This document shows, in pieces, positions 54,592-63,108 of a DNA stretch of 64,000 nt; positions within the stretch are counted from its first letter, which is position 1, and the number at the start of each line of letters is the position of its first letter. The notes beneath the pieces were generated by a model that made no database searches, was not told the origin of the DNA, and was given only the letters and a program-made list of their open reading frames with translations. Source of the DNA: Myxococcota bacterium (GTDB taxonomy: Bacteria > Myxococcota_A > UBA9160 > UBA4427); NCBI GenBank assembly GCA_036336835.1, contig JAYZFK010000046.1:1-64000 (forward strand). The letters are read 5' to 3'. Made by a program: the position numbers and the translations under genes.

Positions 54592-55785
54592 ATGCCCACC
54601 GAGATTCGGATGCCCGAGCTGAGCTCGGACATGACCGAGGCCGACCTCGTTCAGTGGCTGGTGGCGGTCGGTGACACGATCGCGGCGGGCGAGCTGATCG
54701 CGGAGATCGAGACCGACAAGGCCACGGTCGAGTACGAGGCCCCGGTGTCCGGGGTGGTGGTCGAGCTGTGCGTCGCCGCGCCGGCAACCGGCGTCAAGGT
54801 GGGCGAGCTGATCGCACGTATCGAGGAGACAAGCCCCGCCGCCCAGCCCGAGAGCCCAGCGCCCGAGGTCGCCGTCGCCATGGCGCCCGAGCCCGAAGCC
54901 GCGTCGACGACGGCGCCCGTACCCGAAGAAGCCGTACCGGAGCCCGAGAGAGTTCCGGCAACTGCCCTCGCCCGCCGCATTGCCGAACAGGAGGGCGTGA
55001 ACCTGCAGAGCATCGAGCCGAGCGGTGCGGGTGGTCGAGTCACCAAGGCCGACGTCGAGGCCGCGACGAGCACCGCTCACGCGCCACGGTCCGAGCCGAC
55101 CGCCAGCCGGCAGACCGGCGCTCCGCTCTCGCGCATGCGCCGGACCATCGCCCGGCGCATGAGCGAAGCCAAGCAGGAGGTTCCGCACTTCTATCTCGAG
55201 CTCCGCTGCGACCCGAAGCAGTTGCTCGCCGTGCGGCGCCAGCTGAACGACGGCCGCGAGCGGCCAGGGCTGTCGGTCAACGACTTCTGCGTGGCTGCGG
55301 CGGCGCGCGCGCTGCGCGAGGTGCCCGAGGCCAACGTCGCCTGGCGCGGCGACTCGATCGAGCGCTTCGCGACGAGCGACATCGCGGTCGCGGTGGCCAC
55401 CGGCGACGGGCTGATCACTCCGGTGCTGCGGGATGCCGCGAACCTCGGTCTGACCGACGTCTCCGCGCGCCTGGGCGATCTGGTCGAGCGAGCGCGCACG
55501 GGCAAGCTCGCACCCGATGAGTATCAGGGCGGCTTCACGCTCTCGAACCTGGGCATGTACGGCGTCACCGCCGTGTGGCCAATCGTGAATCCGCCCCACG
55601 CCTGCATCCTCGGCATCGGGGCAGTCGAGCAGGTGCCTGTCGTCGAGGACGACGTCGTGGTGCCGGGAGTTCGCATGACCTGCACGCTGTCGGCCGATCA
55701 CCGCGCCGTCGACGGCGCGGTCGGAGCGCGGCTGCTGGCAAGCTTCCGCCGCTACCTCGAAGACCCGCTCGAAATGATCCTGTGA
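54592..55785 (+). CDS. 2-oxoacid dehydrogenase E2 (dihydrolipoamide acyltransferase)
   Basis: Lipoyl domain ETDKA, E3-binding GAGGRVTKADV, catalytic SNLGM and DHRAVDG. Confidence 0.92.
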   Translation: MPTEIRMPELSSDMTEADLVQWLVAVGDTIAAGELIAEIETDKATVEYEAPVSGVVVELCVAAPATGVKVGELIARIEETSPAAQPESPAPEVAVAMAPEPEAASTTAPVPEEAVPEPERVPATALARRIAEQEGVNLQSIEPSGAGGRVTKADVEAATSTAHAPRSEPTASRQTGAPLSRMRRTIARRMSEAKQEVPHFYLELRCDPKQLLAVRRQLNDGRERPGLSVNDFCVAAAARALREVPEANVAWRGDSIERFATSDIAVAVATGDGLITPVLRDAANLGLTDVSARLGDLVERARTGKLAPDEYQGGFTLSNLGMYGVTAVWPIVNPPHACILGIGAVEQVPVVEDDVVVPGVRMTCTLSADHRAVDGAVGARLLASFRRYLEDPLEMIL

Positions 55786-55792
55786 GACTGGC

Positions 55793-56833
55793 TCAGCGCT
55801 CGCGACCGGTCGCAGGCCAAGACCGGTAGTGCGTGGCGGCGTACCAGCCCGCCGTGTGCCAGAACCGCCCGTCCTGCTCGACGATCATCGCCTCGACCCC
55901 GGGAGCGGCCTCGACGATCTCGAGCGCCGAATCGGGATCCAGCACCAGGATCGCCGTGCTCAGTGCGTCGGCGCGGCTCGCATCGCCGGCAACCACGACC
56001 GCGAGTGCCCGTCGATCGACCGGCCACAGCGTTCGCGGGTCGATGATCGGCGCCCGACCTGGCGCCGGCGGATCGACGTCCAGCTGGATCGCATCGGGCT
56101 GTTCGCCGGCCTCGATCGATGAGCTGACCGAGAGCGCCTGATCGCGCAGCGTGACCTGGCCCTGAATGCCGCCGGACGGCGTGCGCAACGCGAGCGTCCA
56201 GCCCTCGGTGCCGGGTGGCGCCCCGAGCGCCCAGATGCTGCTCTGCCCGAAGCTCAGCAACGCCGCTTCGATCTCGGACGCGCGCAGCCACGGCACCACG
56301 CGATCGAGCGCCCAGCCCTTGGCGATGCCACCGAAGTCGAGCCGCATACCCGGCGCGAGCAGCTCGATGCGCTCGCCCGGCCATCGCTTCAGCTTGTCGT
56401 GGCCGGTGCGTGCGCGCACCGCCGCGAGGGCCGCCTGATCGGGCAGCAGCGGATCGGCCGTTCGCCAGAACTCGATCGCGGGCCCGAGCGTCACGTCGAA
56501 CGCGCCCCGGGACAGCTCGCCGCAGCGAAGCGCGATTCCCACCAGCTCGGCCACCGCCGGATCGACCTCGCGCGGACCGCCACCCGCGGCGTCGGCAAGT
56601 CGCGAGACCGAACTCTCGGGATCGTAATGCGAGACCAGCCGCTCGAGGCGTGCCACCTCCTGGTACACCGCCTCGGCAACGGCCCGTCCCTGCGCCTCGT
56701 CGCGCACGACGAGCTCGAGCTCGAGCACCGTCCCCATCAGCACCCGGCCGCCGGAGTACTCGCGTCCCGACGGCCGGGCGGGGGCGTTCGGCAGCTCGGG
56801 CGCAGCAGCGCAGCCCAGCGAGACCGCGAGCAC
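55793..56833 (-). CDS. apbE: FAD:protein FMN transferase ApbE (lipoprotein; start uncertain)
   Basis: Lipobox SLGC, MGT, GAFDVT, LDFGGIAKGWA, IDPRT, ADALSTA. Confidence 0.85.
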   Translation of the reverse strand: MLAVSLGCAAAPELPNAPARPSGREYSGGRVLMGTVLELELVVRDEAQGRAVAEAVYQEVARLERLVSHYDPESSVSRLADAAGGGPREVDPAVAELVGIALRCGELSRGAFDVTLGPAIEFWRTADPLLPDQAALAAVRARTGHDKLKRWPGERIELLAPGMRLDFGGIAKGWALDRVVPWLRASEIEAALLSFGQSSIWALGAPPGTEGWTLALRTPSGGIQGQVTLRDQALSVSSSIEAGEQPDAIQLDVDPPAPGRAPIIDPRTLWPVDRRALAVVVAGDASRADALSTAILVLDPDSALEIVEAAPGVEAMIVEQDGRFWHTAGWYAATHYRSWPATGRER

Positions 56834-56838
56834 GGCGC

Positions 56839-57372
56839 TCAGCAGTCGTCGTCGTCCTCGTCTTCGTCGTCGACGAAGCCGGTGTAGTTCTCGGCCTGAG
56901 ACCCCGTGAACACGCTCCACAACGACACGATGATCAGCGCCGCCAGGCTCCCCTGCAACAGCAGGAAGCCCACCACCTTCAGGATCGCGAAGTCGGCGCT
57001 GCCGAAGCGCACGAGCCAGCTCGAGCCCTCTTCGAGCGCGGCGGCCACGAAGGGCAGCGCGATCAGCACGGCCTTCCAGGAAGTGCGGATCGGAACGAAT
57101 AGCATCAGATGGGTCAGCACCATCAAGAGCAGCCCGACCGCGAACAAATGAAAGTGCGTGACCTCGAGAAGCCCCTGGTAGGTGCGCGCCGGCTGGTACG
57201 ACGCTTCGTCGCCGAGGTAGTAGGCGACGACCGAGGACGGCGCGAGCGTCATCTTCGAGAAGTAGAGCAGACAGTTGGTGACCCACAGGCCGCCGACCCA
57301 CACCGTGTACAGCACCACGATCAGCTGCAGCAACCGGTTGCGCGACCATTCTCCAGTAACCACGAATCGCAT
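56839..57372 (-). CDS. Uncharacterised 4-TM membrane protein with His residues and acidic tail
   Basis: Four hydrophobic helices; EVTHFHLF…LTHL; C-terminal DDEDEDDDDC; 3 nt gap to the upstream gene. Confidence 0.75.
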   Translation of the reverse strand: MRFVVTGEWSRNRLLQLIVVLYTVWVGGLWVTNCLLYFSKMTLAPSSVVAYYLGDEASYQPARTYQGLLEVTHFHLFAVGLLLMVLTHLMLFVPIRTSWKAVLIALPFVAAALEEGSSWLVRFGSADFAILKVVGFLLLQGSLAALIIVSLWSVFTGSQAENYTGFVDDEDEDDDDC

Positions 57373-57375
57373 CGT

Positions 57376-57951
57376 TCAGCCGCCGTCCCCGGCCACTGGC
57401 AGCTCGCCTTTCACCACGACGCGAAACAGCGCGAGTACCCGGCGTACGCTGCTCGCCACGGCGCGGGCCGAGAGCGTCGCGCCGGCGATGCCGTGGATGT
57501 CGCGGCCCAGGCGCAGCGGGTCGGCGAGCGACCTGTCCTCGAACTGCTTGTACCAGCGCTCGGTCGGCAGATAGTCGAGCGGCTCGTGAAACGCGAGCAC
57601 CCGCACGGAGCGGGTCGTCCCGTCGGGCTCGAGCACGATCATGAACGCCTCCGGCAGGCTGCGCACGGTGTGCACGTCGATGAACGCATAGCCCGTCACC
57701 CGGTCCCCCTGCCAGGCCGCGTAGAACTTGGCGATCCGCGAGTCGAGCTTGCTGCGTGCGGACCGCTCGACCGCCTCGACCTGCTCGCGCGAGAGAACCC
57801 GGGTGTCGGTTTCAATGCGATCGGCGTCGGGAAACGCGAGCTCGATGGCCTCGCGCTGCGACAGGAAGACCTTTGCCTCCGCCGGCGTCCCGAGCAGGGC
57901 GAGGGCACCCGCCAGGGCGAGCGCGCCAGCGCGGCTAGAACACGAAGCCAA
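57376..57951 (-). CDS. Secreted FMN-binding (flavinylated) domain protein
   Basis: Signal peptide …AEA/KVF; FHEP; flavinylation-like motif IAGATLS. Confidence 0.8.
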   Translation of the reverse strand: MASCSSRAGALALAGALALLGTPAEAKVFLSQREAIELAFPDADRIETDTRVLSREQVEAVERSARSKLDSRIAKFYAAWQGDRVTGYAFIDVHTVRSLPEAFMIVLEPDGTTRSVRVLAFHEPLDYLPTERWYKQFEDRSLADPLRLGRDIHGIAGATLSARAVASSVRRVLALFRVVVKGELPVAGDGG

Positions 57952-59299
57952 AGCCGACCTCGACCTCGTCGGGCAGCTCGCCTCCCGCCGAGTCGATGTT
58001 GCGATAGTCGAGCTTCAGCACGACCTGAGGATGCGGCTTGTACTGCAAGCCGAGCACGTGGTAGCGCTGATCGAGCGTGGGGTCCGCCACGCCCGGCGCG
58101 CGCACGGACTGCTGCGTGTTCAGCCGCTCGTAGCGGTAGAAGGGCTCGAGAGTCATCTCGCTATCGGGCAGGAACCACGGCATCAGGTCGTACGCGAACT
58201 CGACGTAGCCGCCGTTCATGCGCCGGGCAATCGATTCGCCCGGATCGCCGCCGAGCACCGCCGAGAGCTCGACGCTGTCGCCGAGCAGGCTCTGCGCGTA
58301 CAGCGCGCGCACGTGGGCACCGGCCCGCTTCAGCTGGCCGTGGACCTCCCAGATCGTGGTGGGCGCGTCCGGGACGGCCCCACCCATGCCTGGCGGGTTC
58401 GCTCCGGGGGGGGCAACGATCGTCTGGTTCTGGCCCGACTTGCCGTAGTAGACCGAGCCGCCGAGCTGCAGACCGAGGAGCGGCTCGACGTCGACGCGGC
58501 CCACGAAGGCAAAATGGTCCGACAGCGCGCGGCTTCCCTTCTGGCGCCCGCCCCGGAAACCGCTGGCGCTGAAGCCCGCGGCGTCCAGACCGTTCACCCC
58601 GTACATGCGGTAGCGCACGCGGTCTTCCAGGAAGCTGCCGTAGATGCCGGCTCCGTTCTCGCGCCAGGTGGTCGGAATCAGGCGCTGCTCGACCTCGGGC
58701 CGCGAGTTGCTGAAGTAGAAGACCGGCTCGTGGATCTCGTTCAGGAAGCCCATCGGCAGCAGCAACAAGCCGGCTCGCGCGTTGAAGTAATCGCGGAGCA
58801 GGAAGTCGAGGATCAGAAGCTCGGTCGACACCGAGCCCCCGCCGCCCGTTCCGGCGTGCTCGAATTCGACCTCGCTGTTGACCACGATCCAGTCGTTGAA
58901 CTTGTATCCGACGTACAGGGCCAGGCGCAGCGCATCGAAGATGTCCTGCGAGCCGCCCGCCTGGTCGGCCACCTGCCCGCGGAAGCGAACCTCGCCGTAG
59001 CCCCCGATCGAGAGACCGCGATCGCGCTGATAGACCTTCGAGGCCCCCGGTGCCAGCCCCGCGTAGCTCGTCAGACCGCCCTCTTCGGGCACTGCGAAGA
59101 TCTTGCGCAGGGCGTCGATTTCCTCGATGACGACCTGCATCGTCTCCTCGAGGTCGCCGATCCGCTCCTCACGCGACTCTTCGTCCTCTGCTTCGGCAAA
59201 GGCGGCAGGCGCCAGGCCGACCGCCGCCAGCAGGGCGACCAGTGCCCCCCAACCGTGGCTCCCGGCGTGTCTGTTCGTGGTAAAACTGGTTCTGGCCAT
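57935..59299 (-). CDS. Outer-membrane porin (OprO/P-like beta-barrel) with N-terminal coiled coil
   Basis: Signal peptide, coiled coil, IGGYGE, EVEFEH, NEIHEP, IPTTW, amphipathic strands, C-terminal Phe (GFGFVF). Confidence 0.82.
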   Translation of the reverse strand: MARTSFTTNRHAGSHGWGALVALLAAVGLAPAAFAEAEDEESREERIGDLEETMQVVIEEIDALRKIFAVPEEGGLTSYAGLAPGASKVYQRDRGLSIGGYGEVRFRGQVADQAGGSQDIFDALRLALYVGYKFNDWIVVNSEVEFEHAGTGGGGSVSTELLILDFLLRDYFNARAGLLLLPMGFLNEIHEPVFYFSNSRPEVEQRLIPTTWRENGAGIYGSFLEDRVRYRMYGVNGLDAAGFSASGFRGGRQKGSRALSDHFAFVGRVDVEPLLGLQLGGSVYYGKSGQNQTIVAPPGANPPGMGGAVPDAPTTIWEVHGQLKRAGAHVRALYAQSLLGDSVELSAVLGGDPGESIARRMNGGYVEFAYDLMPWFLPDSEMTLEPFYRYERLNTQQSVRAPGVADPTLDQRYHVLGLQYKPHPQVVLKLDYRNIDSAGGELPDEVEVGFGFVF

Positions 59300-59330
59300 G
59301 ATTCAGCTCGATTCGGACCCGCGTTCTATC

Positions 59331-59349
59331 GAAAATGGAATTCATTTTC
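59331..59349. promoter_or_regulatory. Fur-box-like operator
   Basis: GAAAATG-GAATT-CATTTTC: perfect 7-5-7 inverted repeat, 14/19 identical to GATAATGATAATCATTATC, about 30 bp upstream of the porin start. Confidence 0.7.
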
Positions 59350-59421
59350 AATAGAAAGTCGAAAATGGGCCTGTGGGCCTACTCAGAGCGCCCTGACACA
59401 TCGCAGCGGGAGTCGAGCCAA

Positions 59422-60042
59422 ATGCAATCTGCCCGAAACATGGTCGCTCGGGCCGCACTGTGCACGCTCCTGTGCACCTCAGCCGGTGATATCGGGGCTC
59501 AGCCGACGCCCGAGGCTGCGGCAGAAGCGCTCGTGAGACAGGTCTGGTTCGAGGGCCTGCCGCTCGACCGCGCGGCCGCACTCGGCCCCGCCGCCGGGGC
59601 GCGGCTGGCCGGCATGCTCGCCGACCCGGCCGAAGCGGCCCATCACGCAAACGTCGTGATGGCCCTCGGCGTCTGCGACTGCCGATCCTCGTTCGAGGTG
59701 CTCGCCCGGTTCAGCGCCCTGCTGACGAGCGGCGCCGACCCCCACCATGCGCGGGCCGCGCGCCTCGCCGTGCCGCACGCGATGGGCCTGCTGGCGCGCC
59801 GGGACGCCAGAGCGCTGGCCTGGCTCGAGTCGCGCGCCGCCACGCTCACCCCCGGCCCGGGCGACCCTGCAGTCAGATCCCGCCACACTGCGGTCATACA
59901 GGGGCTATCGCTGTCGCGGTCGCCACGCGCCACGACCCTGCTGGGCGAGCTCGAAGCCGCCGCCTCGGCCCGCGGTGACACGGCGATGGCCCGGCGCGCG
60001 GCACAGGCTCGAGCTCGAGCCGAAGCCGGTCCGCAGTATTGA
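59422..60042 (+). CDS. Secreted alanine-rich helical (HEAT-like) hypothetical protein
   Basis: Signal-like N-terminus; stop overlaps the start of the next gene (TTGA). Confidence 0.55.
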   Translation: MQSARNMVARAALCTLLCTSAGDIGAQPTPEAAAEALVRQVWFEGLPLDRAAALGPAAGARLAGMLADPAEAAHHANVVMALGVCDCRSSFEVLARFSALLTSGADPHHARAARLAVPHAMGLLARRDARALAWLESRAATLTPGPGDPAVRSRHTAVIQGLSLSRSPRATTLLGELEAAASARGDTAMARRAAQARARAEAGPQY

Positions 60043-61661
60043 GCCGCTGTCGCCGCATTGCGATGGCAGCGCTCGCCGCTGCCCTCGGAGCCGGCGTCAG
60101 CTCGGCCCAGGCACCGAGCGTCGCGCTGCACGAGCTCGACTTCTACGTCCACGTCGACACGCTGGGCTCGGATCTCCTGGCCGACTACCAGGCGGCCATC
60201 GACGACGCGCTGATCGACGCGCAACTGATCCTGCAGGGCGAGCAGGGGCCGGCCGACTTCCCCTGTTGTACCGAGCTCACCCAACCGGTCGTAGTGAGTC
60301 TCTTCGGGTCGTCCGGTGACGGTCGAGACGTGATCGACTTCGGCGCCGACCTCCCCGCGCTCCGGGTCGAAGCGGGGGGCCGCGACGCGGTCTTCGTGGT
60401 CGATGCGTTGTCGTTCTGCGGCGGCGTTCCGGCTGCAAGCGCCATCGGCTGCGCCGAGACAGGCGGCACGATCCAGGTCGTCACGCTGGGGGCACTCGAG
60501 CGAGATCTGCTGGCTGCCACCATCGCGCACGAGCGCGGCCACAACGCCGGCCTCGATCACACGACGCCAAACGAGTGCGACATCATGCAGCCGATGGCAG
60601 GCGGCTCGTGCTTGCCAGCAGCAGACTGTGTCGACTATCGCCTGGTCGCCACGCGCAACGAGGGGACCTGTCCCTGCTTTGCGGACGCCTCGAGCAAGCT
60701 CGCCGACGGCGCCGCCTGCGCAGACGGCCCGCTGGTCGGCATCTGCTCGGGTGGTGTCTGCGGCGACAGCAACGGGGAGGCTTCTGCCGTTCTGGTCGGC
60801 GCGGTCGACCCGCTGGGCGGCATCGTCTTCGAAGAGCTGGCCACCGGCAGCGGACTCACCGGCGACTGGCAGCTCGAAGCCACCCTGGGCAGTGGCGCGA
60901 TCGTCAACGGTCTCGCCTACGCCGCCGATCGCGGCGTGCTCTACGGCGTCCAGATGGCGGGCCCCGACGGCGAGCTGCTCGAGATCGATCCGGCAAGCGG
61001 CAGCCTGACCCGCACGATCCCGCTAGCTGGTCTGCCCGGGCTGATCTCGCTCGCCTACGACCCGGGCGGCGCGGGGAGCGCCGACGACCGCCTGCTGGCC
61101 GTCGACCGCCAGCCCCTGCTGAGCGGACCGCTGCAGATCGAGGAGCTGATCGAGATCGATCCGGACGACGGCACCGTCAGCAGCCTCTGCCGTCTGGTCA
61201 CCAACTCCCATCAAACCACTCTCGGCTTCTATCCCGGGCTCGCCTACGACGCGGCCAACGATCGCCTGCTGGGTAGCGGCGGCGACGGGCTGTTCGAGAT
61301 CGATCCGCTGAACTGCGACCAGACCGAGATCGAGCACCCGGGGACTGCACCCAAGGAAACCGTCAACCTCGTGCGCTCCCCGGGTGCACTCGGCTACTCC
61401 GCCGCCAGCAAGCGCGTATTCATGTTCGGAAGCCAGAGTGGATCGCAGACGCTGTTCACGGTGATCGACGCCGGAGCGGCGCCCACCCCGATGGTCTCGA
61501 CCACGTTGGGGGTCGACAGCATGACGCCAGGCGGGCTCGCGGTGCTGCCGATCCCCGAGCCGCCGGTCGGACTGCTCGGTCTGTCGGCACTACTCGCCCT
61601 GGCCGGGCTGCGCCGGGCCCGCCGTCACTCGACCGCGATGCGCCCGACCCCGAGCTGCTGA
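60039..61661 (+). CDS. PEP-CTERM-anchored metzincin zinc protease with Cys-rich and beta-propeller-like domains
   Basis: Signal peptide; HERGHNAGLDH plus Met-turn CDIM; repeats GLAY/SLAYD/GLAYD and EIDP; C-terminal IPEP + TM + RRARR. Confidence 0.8.
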   Translation: MSRCRRIAMAALAAALGAGVSSAQAPSVALHELDFYVHVDTLGSDLLADYQAAIDDALIDAQLILQGEQGPADFPCCTELTQPVVVSLFGSSGDGRDVIDFGADLPALRVEAGGRDAVFVVDALSFCGGVPAASAIGCAETGGTIQVVTLGALERDLLAATIAHERGHNAGLDHTTPNECDIMQPMAGGSCLPAADCVDYRLVATRNEGTCPCFADASSKLADGAACADGPLVGICSGGVCGDSNGEASAVLVGAVDPLGGIVFEELATGSGLTGDWQLEATLGSGAIVNGLAYAADRGVLYGVQMAGPDGELLEIDPASGSLTRTIPLAGLPGLISLAYDPGGAGSADDRLLAVDRQPLLSGPLQIEELIEIDPDDGTVSSLCRLVTNSHQTTLGFYPGLAYDAANDRLLGSGGDGLFEIDPLNCDQTEIEHPGTAPKETVNLVRSPGALGYSAASKRVFMFGSQSGSQTLFTVIDAGAAPTPMVSTTLGVDSMTPGGLAVLPIPEPPVGLLGLSALLALAGLRRARRHSTAMRPTPSC

Positions 61662-62674
61662 GGCTCGGCCAGCTCGCCGATCGTTGCGCTGGCGAGTGCA
61701 CCAGCCGCGTCGAGCAGGTCGCGCAGCCGCTGCTCGTCCTCGGGTGCGACCGCCAGCAGCAGCCCCCCAGAGGTCTGCGCATCGCACAACAGCAGCCGCT
61801 CGGCTTCGCCGAGGCCCGCTGCATAGTCGACCTGCGAGACCACATAGTCGGCGTTGCGCCGCGTGCCGCCCGGCACCACTCCCTCTTCGGCCAGGGCGCG
61901 GGCGAACTCGAAGGCCGGAACGCACTCGCTGTGCAGACGCGCCGCAACGCCCGAGGCGGCCGCCAGATGGTGGAGATGACCGAGCAGGCCGAAGCCGGTC
62001 ACGTCCGTGGCGGCGTGCGCACCGACTGCGAGGGCGGCGTCGCGCGCCTCGGCGTTGAGCCGCTTCATCGCGTCGACGACGCGCGCGAGATCCTCGGGTG
62101 CCAGCCGGTCGGCCTTGATCGCCTGGGCCGCAATGCCCGAGCCGATCGGCTTGGTCAACACGAGCGCGTCCCCCGGGCAGCCTCCAGACTGCTTCAACGC
62201 CCGACCGTCGGCCAGGCTGCCCACGACGCACAGGCCGTACTTGAGCTCGGGGTCGAGCACCGTGTGCCCACCGACGATCGCGCAGTCCGCCTCGGCCGCC
62301 TTGTCGCGCCCGCCCTGGAAGATGCGCACCAGCACCTCGTGCGGCACCAGCTCCTCCGGGAAGCCGCAGAGTGCCAGCGCGACGCACGGCTGGCCGCCCA
62401 TCGCGTAGACGTCGGAGAGCGAGTTCGCGGCCGCGATGGCGCCGTAGTCGTAGGGGTCGTCGACGATCGGCGTGATGAAGTCGACGGTGAAGGCGAGCGG
62501 CGACCCCGATTCCGGGCGCAGCAAGGCTGCATCCTCCATCGGTCCGACGTTTCCGTCGACCCATGGATGATCGTAGGGAGCGACCTCCTTCAGGACCTGG
62601 ACCAGGTCCTTAGCGCCCAGCTTGCGGGCTCAACCGCCGGCCGGAACGAGCTGCGTGAGTCGCAGGGCGTCCAT
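61625..62674 (-). CDS. selD: Selenide, water dikinase (selenoprotein; Sec at in-frame TGA 62630-62632)
   Basis: MDALRLTQLVPAGG-U-ARKL… is in frame with the 304-aa ORF carrying EDAA, TVDFITPIVDDP, ANSLSDVYAMGG, GGHT, LTKPIG, TDVTGFGLLGH, DAQTSGGLL; AGGAG RBS before ATG 62674. Confidence 0.93.
62592..62610 (-). promoter_or_regulatory. Bacterial SECIS element of selD
   Basis: mRNA hairpin AGGACCUG-GUC-CAGGUCCU (8-bp perfect stem, G-led loop) starting 19 nt after the UGA. Confidence 0.7.
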
Positions 62675-62808
62675 CGGATCTCCTGTACTGCCCCGCCAGC
62701 GCGGCCATGCAATCAGGCGGAGTGCGCCCGCAGCATAGCCGGCGGCGACGGCCGGCTCGTATGACTCGAGCCCGCGTCGGCACGCGAACAGGATGCGAAG
62801 ATGTTCGA

Positions 62809-62844
62809 AAAAATAAAACCCGCCGGAAAGGCGGGCACTTTTTT
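62809..62844. terminator. Possible bidirectional terminator hairpin between selD and the HupE/UreJ gene
   Basis: CCCGCC-GGAAA-GGCGGG flanked by an A-tract on the left and a T-tract on the right. Confidence 0.45.
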
Positions 62845-63108
62845 GCGACGTGGTAATACAAATTGTAGCACACATCTGGTTCTTCGCAAGCCCCCCCTAC
62901 TGAAACACGCCAAGCAAGCGCGCAACTCCGCCCGTTCGGGCGCAAACTGCCCAATCGACCTCCTCAACCCCCGGTGATCGACCGTCCTTCCGGGTGTGCT
63001 TCTGGAAGCAGACCACGGTTCGAGCGCGTCCAGGTCGCGAAAATCTCTGCGAACCGATTCGCAAATTGGCAAATTGCTCCCCGGCCGGCTCGGCTAGCGT
63101 TGCCTCCT

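Noticed and set aside
62630..62632. selD pseudogene (premature stop)
   Set aside because: The TGA is at the catalytic Cys/Sec position with a downstream hairpin and an otherwise intact frame.
62985..63045. tRNA-Sec near selD (GGTTCGAG)
   Set aside because: No T-arm stem, acceptor stem or TCA anticodon arm can be built.
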